64,000 nucleotides of DNA from Octopus vulgaris (taxonomy: Eukaryota), in contig OX597824.1 in assembly GCA_951406725.2 (NCBI GenBank), forward strand, positions 23,436,001-23,500,000. Reading direction: 5' to 3'. Each line of letters begins with the position of its first letter. Positions within the stretch are counted from its first letter, which is position 1. The position numbers and the translations under genes were made by a program. This document shows positions 26,629 through 41,984 of the stretch, one piece after another. The notes beneath the pieces are model-generated. The model saw only the letters and a program-made list of their open reading frames with translations, made no database searches and was not told where the DNA came from.

Positions 26629-27272
26629 TACTGGTTTTGCCAAAAGTCACCTGACAGTAATTCAAAACCATGCAATTGTGAGAATAAAACAAAAAAATTA
26701 TTTTATACGAGACTTCACAGGAGTGGCTGTGTGGTAAGTAGCTGGCTTACCAACCACAGGGTTCCGAGTTCAGTCCCACGGTGTAGCACCTTTGTCAAGT
26801 GTCTTCTACTATAGCCTCGGGTCGACCAAAGCCTTGTGAGAGGATTTGGTAGACGGAAACTGAAAGAAGCTCGTCGTATATATGTATATATGTATGTGTG
26901 TGTATATGTTTTTGTGTCTGTGTTTGTCCCCCAGCATCGCTTGACAACCGATGACGGTGTGCTTACGTCTCCGTAACTTAGCGGTTCGGCAAAAGGAGAC
27001 CGATAGAAGAGGTACTAGGCTTACAAAGAATAAGTCCTGGGGTAGATTTGTTCGACTTAAGGCGGTGCTCCAGCATGGCCACAATCAAATGACCGAAACA
27101 AGTAAAAGAGTAATAAATAGACAAATGTTGGGAAAAAAATAATGGTGATTTTAACTAACAGCATTCAATTATTAAACATTGATTAAACATTAAACTGAAA
27201 TGAATAAAGTTGAATATTAAATATTTATGGAAGATTTGATTTACTGTCGGGTGACTTTTGGCCAAGCCAATA
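26629..27272 (+). mobile_element. Internally deleted mariner element with both TIRs, interrupted by SINE A
   Basis: TA-ctggttttgccaaaagtcacctgacagtaa ... ttactgtcgggtgacttttggccaagccaa-TA; NNGD-type C-terminal remnant near 27140. Confidence 0.75.
26718..27110 (+). mobile_element. SINE family A, full length
   Basis: Close match to the other family A copies. Confidence 0.9.
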
Positions 27273-27358
<86 letters not shown>

Positions 27359-27790
27359 TGTGTGTGTGTGTGTATATACGCTTGGCTTCTTCACAGTTTA
27401 TATATATACACAAGAAATGGGATGGCCATGTTTGACAATCCTTTGCTTATGGTCTGTTCGAACAGTTCTGACGTAGGACTAAACAACAGCAGTAGTAGCA
27501 GCAGCAGCAACAACAACAACAACAACAGCAGCAACAATAACAGAGGCGTATAGCACCGTAAAGAGAGTCCACTATGTGACAATGTACTTTAGAAGATTCG
27601 TCAATGCATGTCGGAATGCGCAGCAGAGCAATCACCTGGGGGGACATCTTGATTATAACTGGAACACCATATATACATGCATATAGATATGTGTGCGTGT
27701 GTATGCATATATATATATGTGTGTATATATATATGTGTGTGTGTGTATGTGTGCGTATGTATATATATATAAAATATATATGTATATATG

Positions 27791-27821
<31 letters not shown>

Positions 27822-27846
27822 GTATGTATATATATATGTATATATG

Positions 27847-27879
<33 letters not shown>

Positions 27880-28120
27880 GCATGAATATATGTATGTGTG
27901 TGTGTGCGTATATATATATGTATCTGAATGCGTGTATATATACACACACACACATATATGTGTGTGTGTGTATATATATACATATATATATATATATATA
28001 CATATATATACATATATATAAATATATACATATATGCATATAATGTATATATATAAATATATATATATGTATATATGTATATTATGTACATATATAAATA
28101 TATGCATATATGCATATATG

Positions 28121-28170
<50 letters not shown>

Positions 28171-28414
28171 CCACAAACATAGGTTGTGGCTTGCTGCTCG
28201 GCCAACGTCCTACGTGATATGATTCGGTTCAATAGCTGGTAACCCATGGTTACACAGCAGCAATTTTATTGTCAAGTTACCTCTTATACTTCATTAATTG
28301 CTGATTTAATTACTAAATTATGACTCTTTTGCATAATGATAAAATTTATATCACTACTCAACTATTCATACCATTCTGGTAACATTTAATAAATATTAAT
28401 ATTAATGACGACGT

Positions 28415-29115
28415 AAGGCAGCGAGCTGGCAGAATCGTTAGCACGCCGGGCGAAATGCTTAGCGGTATTTCGTCTGACGTTACGTTGTGAGTTCAAATTC
28501 CGCCGAGGTCGACTTTGCCTTTCATCCTTTCGGGGTCGATAAAATAAGTACCAGTTACGCACTGGGGGTCTATGTAATCGACTTAATACCTATGTTTGTC
28601 CTTGTTTGTCCCCTCTATGTTTAGCCCTTTGTGGGTAATAGAGAAATAGGTATTTCGTCTGCAGCTACGTTCTGAGTTCAAATTCCGCCGAGGTCGACTT
28701 TGCCTTTCATCATTTCGGGGTCGATAAAATAAGTACCTGTTACGCACTGGGGTCTATGTATTCGACTTAATACCTATGTCTGTCCTTGTTTGTCCCCTCT
28801 ATGTTTAGCCCTTTGTGGGTAATAGAGAAATAGGTATTTCGTCTGCCGCTACGTTCTGAGTTCAAATCCCGCCGAGGTCGACTTTGCCTTTCATCCTTTC
28901 GGCGTCGATTAAGTACCAGTTACGCACTGGGGTCGATATAATCGACTTCGTTGCATTTCGTCTGTCTCTATATTCTGAGTGCAAACTCCACCGGAGTCGG
29001 CTTTGCTTTTCATCCTTTCAGGGTCTATAAAGTTAGTTACCAGTTGCTCACTGGGGTTGTTGTAATCGACTTACCCTTTTATCCGAAATTGTTTGCCTCG
29101 TGCCAAAATTTGAAA
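28415..29115 (+). mobile_element. SINE family B tandem array (head plus ~184-bp reiterated bodies)
   Basis: The gagttcaaattccgccgaggtcgactttgcctttcatc core recurs at ~28490, 28675, 28858 and 28978. Confidence 0.9.
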
Positions 29116-30149
29116 CTAATATTAATGAGGATGAATGAAATGTCTTTTGCTATTTAGCCAAAGCCGTCTACGTTTCAGGGTCGAATCCTGCTGAGATCAA
29201 CTATGTCATTCATCCTTCCGAGATCGATAAAATACAAGTCATACATTGGTTCAATACAATCGATCGATAAAGTAAGTACCAGAGATGCACCACCTGTTTT
29301 TCACCGCGTTTTTAGTATTAAAAGTCGAGTAACCAGGCCTCCTTCTAACTGATCTTTTGGGCGTAGTCAGAATGCCCCGCTCCCTCTCGAGTTTTTGAGA
29401 AGCAAAGGCATATCGCTATTTTACTTGACCCTTCTCGATGAAATCCTCAATCAAGGAAGGACAATCTTCCTTAACGTAGCTCTATCATATTCTTTTGCCT
29501 TTCTTCCGGAGCTGTCCCCTTCCCGGATCACAAGGTTAGTAAAAGGTCAAAGGTCTCCCACCTATGTTGCTGCCATCGTTGTAAACATTTGACTGTCACC
29601 AAAATAGAGTTTATTAAAGGAAGAAAATCTGTTTTCACAAATAAAGCATTTTGTAGAAATGTCATATTTTAAAGTACATTTTTCAAAACAATATCTGCAT
29701 TCGAAATGTCTGTAAGCTTTTTTAATTGTCTTGATCTGTTTTCTTTCAAATTTATGATTTTGTTTTGAATTTCCTTTTTCGCTTTTCGAATTCTTTTTTT
29801 ATGGTTAGCGTCTCTTGCTGCTACTCCATAGGAAGCCATATTTAAAAAGAAGTAGAAGAATTTTTTACAAAATACGAAATATAAAAATGTCCAACGATAA
29901 ATCATATTTATTTCCACTCCAAGAGAAACATGGCGGACGCTCAAACAGTCTAACTACAGCAAATAAAACATGGCACATCCATGTAATTCACACATACGCT
30001 CACAACAGCAACAAAAAAACAAATTCTAACAGACATATCTTATTTAAAGCCATAAGACACTTTTTCTCTAACTAAAAAAAGAAAAAAAAAGGCAAGAATT
30101 CCCGAAAAATACCATTCCGGGGCCTATGAGAAGTCGAGCCTCCTCTAAG

Positions 30150-30337
30150 TCAATTTTGCTTTGACGCTCACTTAATTTTAATCCAAACCCTCTTCTACCT
30201 AGTTTGACTTTTTGCTTTATGTTCAACTGTACTATTAACTTTTGATGCACAGTAATATTTTCTGCTATAGCTAAGGTACTTTTGTAATGTTTTGCAATGC
30301 ACTGTTTGACTGTTTTAAATATTACTTGCCTCGGCAT
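30150..30337 (-). pseudogene. Possible decayed Tc1-type transposase N-terminus
   Basis: MPRQVIFKTVKQCIAKHYKSTLAIAE...GRRGFGLKLSERQ resembles the Tc1 MPR..HTH..GRPRKLS pattern. Confidence 0.35.
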
Positions 30338-30339
30338 GG

Positions 30340-30620
30340 TTCTCGGTCGGTTGCGACGACGACGAGTGTTCCAGTTCATTCGACCGACCGAACACCCCGC
30401 TCGTGAAATTGATGCGGTGTGGCTGAACACTCCACAGTCTCGAGTACCCTAAACGTAGTTCGTTGTCAGAGAGATTCAGAGTGACAAAATTTGACAGGGT
30501 TACCCCTTTTAATTACTGGTATTGATCATTTTTGCCAACTTAGTAGACTGAACCAACAAGAAATAAAATATCTTGCACAAGAATACTGCCGGGAATCGAA
30601 CTCAGGACCTCATGATCATT
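30340..30620 (-). mobile_element. Old SINE with family D-like head and family C-like tail
   Basis: 30340-30510 = revcomp of the family C 3' part; 30525-30620 = revcomp of the family D 5' part. Confidence 0.7.
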
Positions 30621-30885
30621 CCCAGTAGTGAAGGGAATGACCAACTTTAAGAGAATCTTACATTGCTTACGAACTCTATATCTGGATGGACTCATATTAA
30701 ACTCTGTTGGACTTTTGGATTTTACTCAAAGGACATTGGAATATTGCATATATACTATTATGCCTATAAAACGGATTTACAACTTCAATACCCATACATA
30801 TCTTACACCTATTTTCTTTCCTCCACCTCACTCTCTCTTTGTATCACATCGAAACTAACTATGGCTTAATTTTTCCTCTCATACC

Positions 30886-31276
30886 GTCTCCGATGAAGGG
30901 ATATTATTAATTAATATCCCAGAAAGGTACTACTAGCGAACAGTGGTCTCGGTGCGCGCACTCGCGCATCCGCGTTAGCTAGTCGTAAGTAGTCAATCCT
31001 ACAACGACTTTTTAACCCTAAACCTAAACCTAACCCTAACCAATAACCTTAGTTTGTTTATAAAATAATTTATTTACTTAGTTTAAAAAATTATTTACTT
31101 TGCGTTTTATTTACTTTGTTATTTAATTTTCTTTGATATGTATTCAGCCTTGAAATACAAACATACGCGCAAGTCGTTCTAGGATCGACTACTTACGACT
31201 AGCTAGCGAAGATGCGCGAGTGCGCGCACCGGGACCACTGTTTGCTAGTAGTACCTCCTAGAAACAGCTGTAAGAC
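30886..31276 (+). ncRNA. CCGAUGA-variant hammerhead split by a MITE
   Basis: GTCT-CCGATGA-AGGGATATT..AATATCCC-AGAAA-[MITE]-tcctAGAAA-CAGCTG-TA-AGAC. Confidence 0.75.
30926..31255. mobile_element. 330-bp MITE with ~85-bp TIRs and 9-bp TSD (Merlin- or Mutator-like)
   Basis: GGTACTACTAGC...GCTAGTAGTACC; TSD tcccagaaa (30917-30925) / tcctagaaa (31256-31264); internal cctaa(a/c) repeats. Confidence 0.85.
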
Positions 31277-31939
31277 CTTCTATCTATAAATTTTCTAATA
31301 TCTATACAGCCTTGGTTTTTTATCTCATTACGCAAAAAATTCTTATATTTATATATACATACATATATGTACATATATATACGTATGTGTGTGAGAGAGT
31401 ACGCCACGACGATTAACTTACCGAAAAAATTTATTGCAAAAATTTTAGGGATTTTAAAATTACACCGGAATCTGTTTGCATCTTATTAGTTTTAGTATAT
31501 AAACGGTACCTTTTGTCATCAGTTGCTAGTAAACATGGCGTACCGAATATTGTCTTTTAAACTTTTTATGAAGTTTCCAGAATTATAATTTTAGCTTTAT
31601 TGTTTTTGAGCCCTAGGACACGTAGGACTGGTTTCCCGGTTTCCATAGCGTATAAATAACAGAGATCACAATATTCCTCACTGAGAGCACATTTCAAGGC
31701 CAACTATTTTGAAAAGAAGGGACAAGTTGATTCAAGCAATCCCAGTACTTGACTGATCTATTTTATCCACCTTGGTGGGATTTGAACTGAGAACCTAAAA
31801 AAGTGGAACAAATACTGCTAAACATTTTGTTCGACGCTCGCTCACGATTTTGTCAGTTTGCCGCCTTTCAGAACTATTTTGTTCATATCAAATTAAACGT
31901 TCAATTTCAGGCTACATTTTGCTCATTTTCTTCCCTATT

Positions 31940-32111
31940 TTTTCTTTCTTTAATCTTCTGCAATTAACCGAAATTGATGCTATTTTGGAATGCAATTAAC
32001 CGAGAAATTTGATATAAATTTGATACACTAATCGGTTTAATGTTTTGTAAAGTTGAGCAATTGACCGAATTGCGCAATGATCTGCTATGCAATTAAGCGG
32101 GGTCGACTGTA
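31940..32111. mobile_element. pogo/Tigger-like MITE end
   Basis: Ends gcaattaagcggggtcgactg-TA, with internal reiterated gcaattaaccga motifs. Confidence 0.5.
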
Positions 32112-32450
32112 TCGGAAAATTGAATAAGTATTGATATATCCATGTGTATCAATATACTTGTAGGATTTCAGACCAATGATAGGGGTTCAAGTAATTGTAA
32201 ATCCCCCATCGCTTAGGTTCGGATGAGCTTACTATTTCCTAATACGTTGGGGGATGCTGAGAATTTTATTCCTGCAAATCCTTTAGTTACACTTATTTAT
32301 ATTACGCCTGAATGATACATTATATTTGCGTATACTATTTTGCGGTTAATTTCTAGTAAGTTAGTGGGTGTGTTTAGTTTGGCAATATCTATTATCGTTT
32401 TGTTTATTTGCCTCGTTTTACATATTAGAGGATGTATAGGGTTGAAATGT

Positions 32451-32690
32451 GGAGGCGCGTGGCTTAGTGGTTAGGGTTTCAGCACCATGATCGTAAGATT
32501 GTGGTTTCGATTCCTGGACCGGGCAAAACACTTCATTTCCCGTTGCTCCAGTCCACTCAGCTGGCAAAAATGAGTAACGCTGCGATAGACCGGCGTCCCG
32601 TCCAACAGGGGAAGACATACGCCATAGAAACCGGGAAACCAGGCCCATGAGCCTGGCTAGGCTTTAAAAGGGCGCATTTATTTATTATTA
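32451..32690 (+). mobile_element. tRNA-derived SINE family D
   Basis: A box TGGCTTAGTGG, B box GTTTCGATTCC, central ctgcgatagaccggcgtcccgtcca, (TTTA) tail. Confidence 0.8.
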
Positions 32691-33237
32691 TAGGGTTGAA
32701 TTATAATTTTCTGGAGCAATTTTGTCTTTGATTTTTGGTTGGTGTATTTTTTTTTATTTTGACTTGAATTGGGAGTTGTCCTGTTGAGTATCGATATGAA
32801 ATGATTGGACGAATTTTTAGGGTTATGTATTTTTATTTTTTAATTTTTTTTGTTAGTTCGGACTATTTTAGATGTAGTGTGGATATACAAAAACTCATCG
32901 CGTATGATCGGATGAGATTTGTAAACGTGTGTGCATATGAACATATTCGTTTGTGTGAGAAGATATTTACGTATGCTTCTGCGTGTGGTATGAGTATGTG
33001 TGTGTGTATGAGGGAAAGACAGAGAGAGAGAGGGGGGGAGTATATCAGTGCTACTCCCTTATTTCTCTGTGTATATATGTACATACACACACATACACAC
33101 ACGCACACATACACACATATATAAGAAATAAAAATGACAATGAAATAAGAAAATATATCATGATCTTTATTAGCTTACAACTGTTTCTGTTATAGAATGT
33201 ATACATACATGCTTGCATATATACATAAATACATAAG

Positions 33238-33367
33238 TATTGGGTTGTCCGATTTCTAAAGGAAAGAAAAAGGTCAATAAATACTTGCCATTACGTTTTT
33301 AATCAACCAAATATGAACCATTTTGTTGCGCAATGCGTCTCCATTTTCCCTTTAACTTGAAAATCCC
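33238..33367 (-). mobile_element. mariner 3' end (transposase C-terminus plus TIR)
   Basis: Minus strand translates GIFKLKGKWRRIAQQNGSYLVD*, the mariner GI..L..RW.....NG.Y ending; TA-ttgggttgtccg TIR. Confidence 0.8.
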
Positions 33368-33371
33368 CTTT

Positions 33372-34370
33372 TATTCTTTTATTTGTTTCAGACATTTTTG
33401 ACTGCGGCCATGGTGGAGCACTGCGTTCAGTCGAACAAATCGAACCTAGGGCTTATCGATTGTAAGCGTAGTACTTATTCTATCGGTTCCTTTTGCCGAA
33501 CCGCTTGGTTATGGGGACGTAAATACACCGACATCGGTTGTAAAGCGATGGTGGGGGACAAGCACAAACACATAAACTTATATATATATTTCGGTGATGT
33601 ACTTGCATAGCAAGTGACCTGATTTGAGATCGCGTGCTGGAACGAAAACAATTGTAGCCTGGACGGTGTTTATAAGCCATTTAAGAAACACACAAAAACC
33701 GTTAGATTCATTTCAACATTTAAATTTAATTTGCCAAAATATTTTCGTCAGTTTGAGACCTCGACCTGTTTACTGACAAAATTCCGTGCTGCATATATAT
33801 ATATACATATATTCCTGCGTGGAAACACTACTCGCTCTTTTGCTATATATATACGGATCACTTCCTTTAGTTTCCTATTTCTTTACTACCCACAAGGGGC
33901 TACACACAGAGGGCACAAACAAGGACAGACAAACAGATTAAGTAGATTATATCGACCTCGGCGGAATTTGAACTCAGAACGTAGCGGCAGACGAAATACC
34001 TATATCTATTTCTTTATTGTCCACAAGAGGCTAAACACAGAGGGGACAAACAAGGACAGACATAGGTATTAAGTCGATTACATCGACCCCAGTGCGTAAC
34101 TGGTACTTAATTTATCGACCCCGAAAGGATGAAAGGCAAAGTCGACCTCGGCGGAATTTGAACTCAGAACGTAACGGCAGACGAAATATCGCTACGCATT
34201 TCGCCCGGCATGCTAACGATGCTGCCAGCTCGCCGCCTTATAGTTCTTTTAGTTTCCGTCTACCAAATCCACAGACAGGACTTTGGTCGACCTGAGGCTA
34301 TATAAAAAGATATTTGCCGAAGGTGCCACGCTGTGGGATAGAACACGAAACCGTGTTATCGAAAAGCAAT
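33372..34370 (-). mobile_element. SINE family A split by nested insertions (tail 33372-33575, head 34245-34370)
   Basis: Both halves are recognisable around nested repeats. Confidence 0.65.
33875..34239 (-). mobile_element. SINE family B with partial tandem duplication
   Basis: Head at 34239; two tail modules (33875 and 34005). Confidence 0.9.
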
Positions 34371-34853
34371 GAATACTGTATTATAATAATGTAACGATAT
34401 TTTTCGTTTTCTCTCTTTAACACATTTGAAACATTTCCGCCAGGTGTTTCCAATTCGGTCTGAATTTAGTGTACAAAAGATCATGCAAGACTCAGACAGT
34501 TAGCAACTTATAAATCTGTTGTTCTGCACATCTGGTGATGTTAAAGAGGTGTCGGCTCGGCTAGCAATCTATTACTTAACAACATTTACAATCCTTCCTT
34601 TAGACGGTTATGGTTCTGTACTCACGGTCGCGGTTTCGAATCCCAGACAGGGAGGTGTATAGTGTTCTTGATCAAAAACACTAATTTTCATGCTGCCCTG
34701 CAATCACTTCGATATCTAACGAGTGGTACACTTGCACAGTTGGCAATATGGCGGAGGGAGTGAGCTTATATAAATACAAATCTTTGATACTATATATGGC
34801 AATTCAGCAAAAAAAAAAAAATTGGTGAACCCTCAGTCAATTTATATGGTGTG

Positions 34854-35408
<555 letters not shown>

Positions 35409-35653
35409 CACAGTGATCACCGTGACCGACCAGGCTGTCAGATGTTGCTACACATCGCTGGACACAATGCGCTTCGGTTTGAGAGAAAGTTGTGGCGATA
35501 GAGTACAGCAGGGATCGCCACAACTCCCTGCCGGAGACTCGTGGAGATTTGGGTGTTTTTGCTCAATAAACACTCAAAATGGCCGGTCTGGGAATCGAAA
35601 CCGCGATCCTACGACCGCGACTCAGCTGCCCTAACCACTGGGCTATTGCGCCT

Positions 35654-35655
<2 letters not shown>
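35409..35655 (-). mobile_element. SINE family C variant (same head, different tail)
   Basis: 35483-35655 = revcomp of 34967-35142; 35409-35482 is an unrelated tail. Confidence 0.85.
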
Positions 35656-35700
<45 letters not shown>

Positions 35701-35727
35701 TACATATATATACATACACACACACAG

Positions 35728-35787
<60 letters not shown>

Positions 35788-35816
35788 GTATGTATGTACA
35801 TAGATATTTTCGTGCA

Positions 35817-35985
35817 GGCGCAGACGTGGCTGTGTGGTAAGTAGCTTGCTTCCCAGTCGCATGTTTCCGAGTTCTGTCCCACTGCGTGACACCTTGGGCA
35901 AGTGTCTTCTACTATAGCCTCAAGCCGAAGCTATAATAGAGCCTTGTGAGTGGATTTGGTAGACGGAAACTGATCGAAGCCCGTC

Positions 35986-35990
<5 letters not shown>
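35817..35990 (+). mobile_element. SINE family A, 5' half
   Basis: ggcgcagacgtggctgtgtggtaagtagc...gaagcccgtcgtata. Confidence 0.85.
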
Positions 35991-36032
<42 letters not shown>

Positions 36033-36035
36033 TAA

Positions 36036-36066
<31 letters not shown>

Positions 36067-36086
36067 ATAAATAAATAAATAAATAA

Positions 36087-36130
<44 letters not shown>

Positions 36131-36666
36131 GAGCTTCCAAACTGTATGCAACTACACAAGGCATTGGTCGGCCAATAGATATAGTAAAAGTCAAGTTACC
36201 CAAGATGTCGCGTGGGGGCACTTAACCGGAAACCACGTGGCTGCAATGCAAGTTTCTTAACACGCACCGCCATGTCTGCATACATATACATCAAAAAGTT
36301 ATTTTCTACGCACAAACACATTTACATACACACACGCTCGCATGCGTGCGCGCACGAACGTAAATTGCTTAGACATTAAACAAAAATGCCAAGTAATTAT
36401 TGCAAAGAAAAAGAAAGAAAAAAAAAACCCAGAGAGTTTAACAATAATTAGTATTTTCAGAATCTGTGACCCCACCCTTCATTTAGTATCTCACTCAACC
36501 TCCTCCTCCTCCTCCTCCTCCTCCTCTTCCTTCTCTTCTGTGTATGTGCGCATGTGTGAGTGTGTGTGTGCGTGGCTCTTTTACTTCATATTTCAAATTT
36601 CCTGTTTCCTCAAATTGCGTGGGAGGGACATTAAGATGAAACAAAAAAAAAATTTAAGCAAAAAAC

Positions 36667-37002
<336 letters not shown>

Positions 37003-37293
37003 GGATGCCTTTTACGACTCAGCTTCCAACCATCTAGACCTGCGTCTTCCCCATGATACTCTTCCCCATCATCACTATCCAGACCCGCTACTAGTCCCCC
37101 AATCCACCCCGAACCCACAATTACTGCAAACCACCCACACCTTCTTCAAGTTCTTGGTGGATGCGGTGGTGGTTATGGTGGTGTTGATGGTGGTGGTAGG
37201 GTGTGTCTGTTCTTTCAGGAACAACTTCTGAGGAACCCGGAAATGGTAGTTACAGGAAATAACGCTTTGGAAGAAGAAAAAAAAAATGGGTTG

Positions 37294-37350
<57 letters not shown>

Positions 37351-37649
37351 CGTGTGTGTGTGTGCCCCTGTATACGTATATAATCATCTTTCTCTCCTTC
37401 TCTCTGAATATATGTATGTGTGCGTATATATGGGCGTGTGTATGCGTTTGTATACATAGATGTATACACATTCCTGTATGTATGTATGTATTCATGTATC
37501 TATCTATTTATTTATATATATATACATGTGTACACATACACAAATACACACACATAAATATATACATGCACGCCTGTACCTCCACCCGTACTGATACATT
37601 CAAATATACTCACAAGTTCACAAAGAATGTACGTACACGAGTATACGCA

Positions 37650-37687
<38 letters not shown>

Positions 37688-37737
37688 TACATACATTATA
37701 TATATTTATATATATGAATAGTTTGCAAGAGAGGTGC

Positions 37738-37768
<31 letters not shown>

Positions 37769-38455
37769 TATATATATATACCCACACATATTCATACATA
37801 TATATATATATATATACATACGTATATATAACAATGATTAAAAATAACTACTTAAGTATGTTTATTACTGTGTAGTTGTATGCATCTGTATGATTGTGTG
37901 TGTGTGTGTGTGTGTACAAGTATGCCCCAATTTGAACAGAATGCAAAATACATTCTCGAAGGAACAAGTGATGCTTGTTTGAGGTTTTCTCTGCTGCTGC
38001 TCAAACTGTTGCCATTCCTATAGAATCTACTTCCTGTTTACATTTCGTAGCTGATATTACGTCATAGACCACGTGTTCATCACACCAGACAAGCAAGTCA
38101 GACAGAAAGCCAGCCAACAGAACGCCCAACCAACCAACCAACCAACCAAACCGCCTGCTTTGGCTGCGATGTAGCATAGTTTCCATAGAATTTTTGATAC
38201 GTATAATATATGCGAAATAATTAAAACTAGATGCAGGAAGTGACGTTTAATGTTTCCGGTGCAATCCTCCGTCGGAAAAGGAAAATGAAGGTTCTGTCCC
38301 TTCGTTTTTCTTAAACATTTACTCTTTCTCACGGCATAAAATGTATCACACTGTTAGAATTACGTGGTTACTTGTAATATTTGCCGACGCAGCCCATCCG
38401 TAACTATTTCCCTTGCGTTATCCTGTAATGCGAAACATACATACATACATTCACA

Positions 38456-38524
<69 letters not shown>

Positions 38525-38526
38525 GT

Positions 38527-38660
<134 letters not shown>

Positions 38661-39036
38661 CACTTTCTCTCTCTTTCTATATATATATATATGTGCACGC
38701 GCGTGTGTATGTATGTGCTTACTTACATACAGACACACATACGCACTCACAAACGCACACGCGCGCATATACACACACACGCACGCACGCACACGCACAC
38801 ACTCGCACACGCACACACACACACACACACATACACACGTACTCACACACACAGAAATATTTATGAATATATACGAAGAGATTCTTTCAGTTTCCACCCA
38901 ACAATTCCACTCGCAATGCATTGCTCGACCCGGGACTATAGTGAAAGTCACTTGTCCAAAGTGTTGCACAGTGGGACTGAACTGAAAGCCAGATTGCTGA
39001 GAAGGAAGCTTCTTACCACATACCCCGCCCCTGCAC

Positions 39037-39097
<61 letters not shown>

Positions 39098-39199
39098 CAT
39101 ATATATATATATATATAAGAATATATACACATGCATATATATATATATATATATATATATGTTTATATGTATATATATGCATGTGTATATATTCTTTAT

Positions 39200-39410
39200 A
39201 TTCTTTCTTTTACTTCTTTCAGTCATTTGACTGTGGCCATGCTGGAGCACCGCCTTTAGTCGAATCAAATCGAGCCCCAGGACTTATTCTTTGTAAGAAA
39301 CCTAGTACTTATTATATCGGTCTCTTATGCCGAACCGCTAAGTTACGGGGGACGTAAACACACCAGCCTCGGTTGTCATGCGATGTTGGGGGGACAAACA
39401 TAGATGCACA

Positions 39411-39444
<34 letters not shown>

Positions 39445-39452
39445 ACACACAG

Positions 39453-39514
<62 letters not shown>

Positions 39515-39672
39515 TTACGACGGGCGTCATTTCAGTTTCCGTCTACCAAATCCACTCACAAAGGCCCTAGGCTATAATAGAAAATACATGTCCAAGGTGC
39601 CACGCAGTGGGACTCAACCCGGCACCATGTGGTTGGTAAGCAAGCTACTCACCACACAGCCACTCCTGCACC
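39200..39672 (-). mobile_element. SINE family A, full length
   Basis: Close match to the other family A copies. Confidence 0.9.
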
Positions 39673-39679
39673 TAAAATT

Positions 39680-39980
39680 CAATCTCGGCGGGATTTGAAC
39701 TCAAAAAGTAGAGACGGGTGGAATATCGCTAAGCGTTTTGCCCGACAGGCTAACGATCCTTATTTGTTTACTGCCCACAAGGGGCTACACACAGAGGGGA
39801 CAAACAAGGACAGACAAAGGGATTAAGTCGATTACATCGACCCCAGTGCGTAACTTGTACTTCTTTAGTCGACCCCGAAAGGATGAAAGGCAAAGTCGAC
39901 CTCGGCGTAATTTGAACTCAGAACGTAGCGGCAGACGAACTACCGCTAAACATTTCGCCCGGCGTGCTAACATTTCTGCC
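39680..39980 (-). mobile_element. SINE family B composite
   Basis: gtcgaccccgaaaggatgaaaggcaaagtcgacctcggcg core plus tail. Confidence 0.85.
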
Positions 39981-40111
39981 ATACACATACGCACATTCAT
40001 ATCCTTTCGTGGGCAGGTAGGTACAGTTATATATGTATATTGATACACACACACACACACACATATGTATATATGTATGTATACATGTATGTATGTATAT
40101 ATGTATGTATG

Positions 40112-40145
<34 letters not shown>

Positions 40146-40218
40146 TGTATGTATGTATGTATGTAGGTATGTATGTTTGTATGCATGTAAGTATGTATGT
40201 ATGTATGTGTGTAATGTC

Positions 40219-40430
40219 TACACAAGGTGCGTTCAAAAAGTAACCGACATTATTTTTTCCCGCCAAAGCTAACGTTGCCTGGTCTAAGTTCGTTACGTGG
40301 GAGGAGACGCCACTCTTTTTGACAATGTGCGAAAAATTTCTCTCCGGTAGGCCGATTCAGTTCCCGATAGTTACGCCTAGAGTACAGACGTGTAACGCAT
40401 GCTTGTCTGATTTTCCTTTTCAACCGAATA
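40219..40430 (+). mobile_element. mariner-like 5' end
   Basis: TA-cacaaggtgcgttcaaaaagtaaccgac resembles mariner TIRs; no partner TIR found. Confidence 0.55.
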
Positions 40431-40539
40431 TTTTACACGCTATTGTGTATAGTTTTATCGCTTTCTAACGCCATGAAAAACGACCTATTTCACATCTTGA
40501 TACGAAGTTTTTACATTCTTATGACGTAAACAGTATACA

Positions 40540-40634
<95 letters not shown>

Positions 40635-40659
40635 ACATGCGTAGATATACCTGTTTTAC

Positions 40660-41200
40660 AAGTAGTTCGATCTGCAATCGTCAGTTGAAGCTAAAACAAT
40701 TACGGCGACGAAGACGCATATACACCGTCTCCTGCCGTTATGTTCTGAGTTCAAATTCCGCCGAGGTTGACTTTGAGTTTCATCCTTTCGGGGTCGATAA
40801 ATTAAGTACCAGTCACGCACTGGGGTCGATATAATCGACTTAATCCGTTTGTCTGTCCTTGTTTGTTCCATCTGTGAGTAGCCCCTTGTGGGTAGTAAAG
40901 AAATAAGAAACATTAGCACGACGGACGGAATGCTTAGCGGTATTTTGTCTGTCTTTGCGTTCTGAGTTCAAATCCCGCCGAGGTCGACTTTGCCTTTCAT
41001 CCTTTCGGGGTCGATTAAAGAAGTACCAGTTACGCACTGAAGACGCATATACACCATCACCCACTTACGACCACAACATATCGAACGCTTTGCAAAAGGT
41101 TCAACGCTTCATTCAAGATGTTGTGCGTTGTTATCGTAAGATATATGACGAAGAAAGGGAAAAGAAAATTTATTCAAACAAAGCTCACCGTGTTCCTCGA
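40660..41200 (+). pseudogene. Tigger/pogo transposase C-terminal remnant, interrupted by SINE B
   Basis: 41070-41170 encodes DHNISNALQKVQRFIQDVVRCYRKIYDEEREKK, like the Tigger DPN.ER..KV...Q....CYR.IYDEKK ending. Confidence 0.6.
40727..41038 (+). mobile_element. Permuted SINE B insert flanked by a 17-bp direct repeat
   Basis: gaagacgcatatacacc at 40710-40726 and 41039-41055. Confidence 0.85.
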
Positions 41201-41307
41201 AGAACCATCTACCTGAACCCCGGAACGTGACTAAAGATTAAAAAATTATTTTCAGTCGAACGTTTTTCACATGAACAATTTTTTTATTGTATGTAAGCGG
41301 ATTTTCA

Positions 41308-41984
<677 letters not shown>

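Noticed and set aside
31013-31050. Telomeric-like (CCCTAA) repeats
   Set aside because: Short, degenerate and internal to a MITE; not an interstitial telomere.
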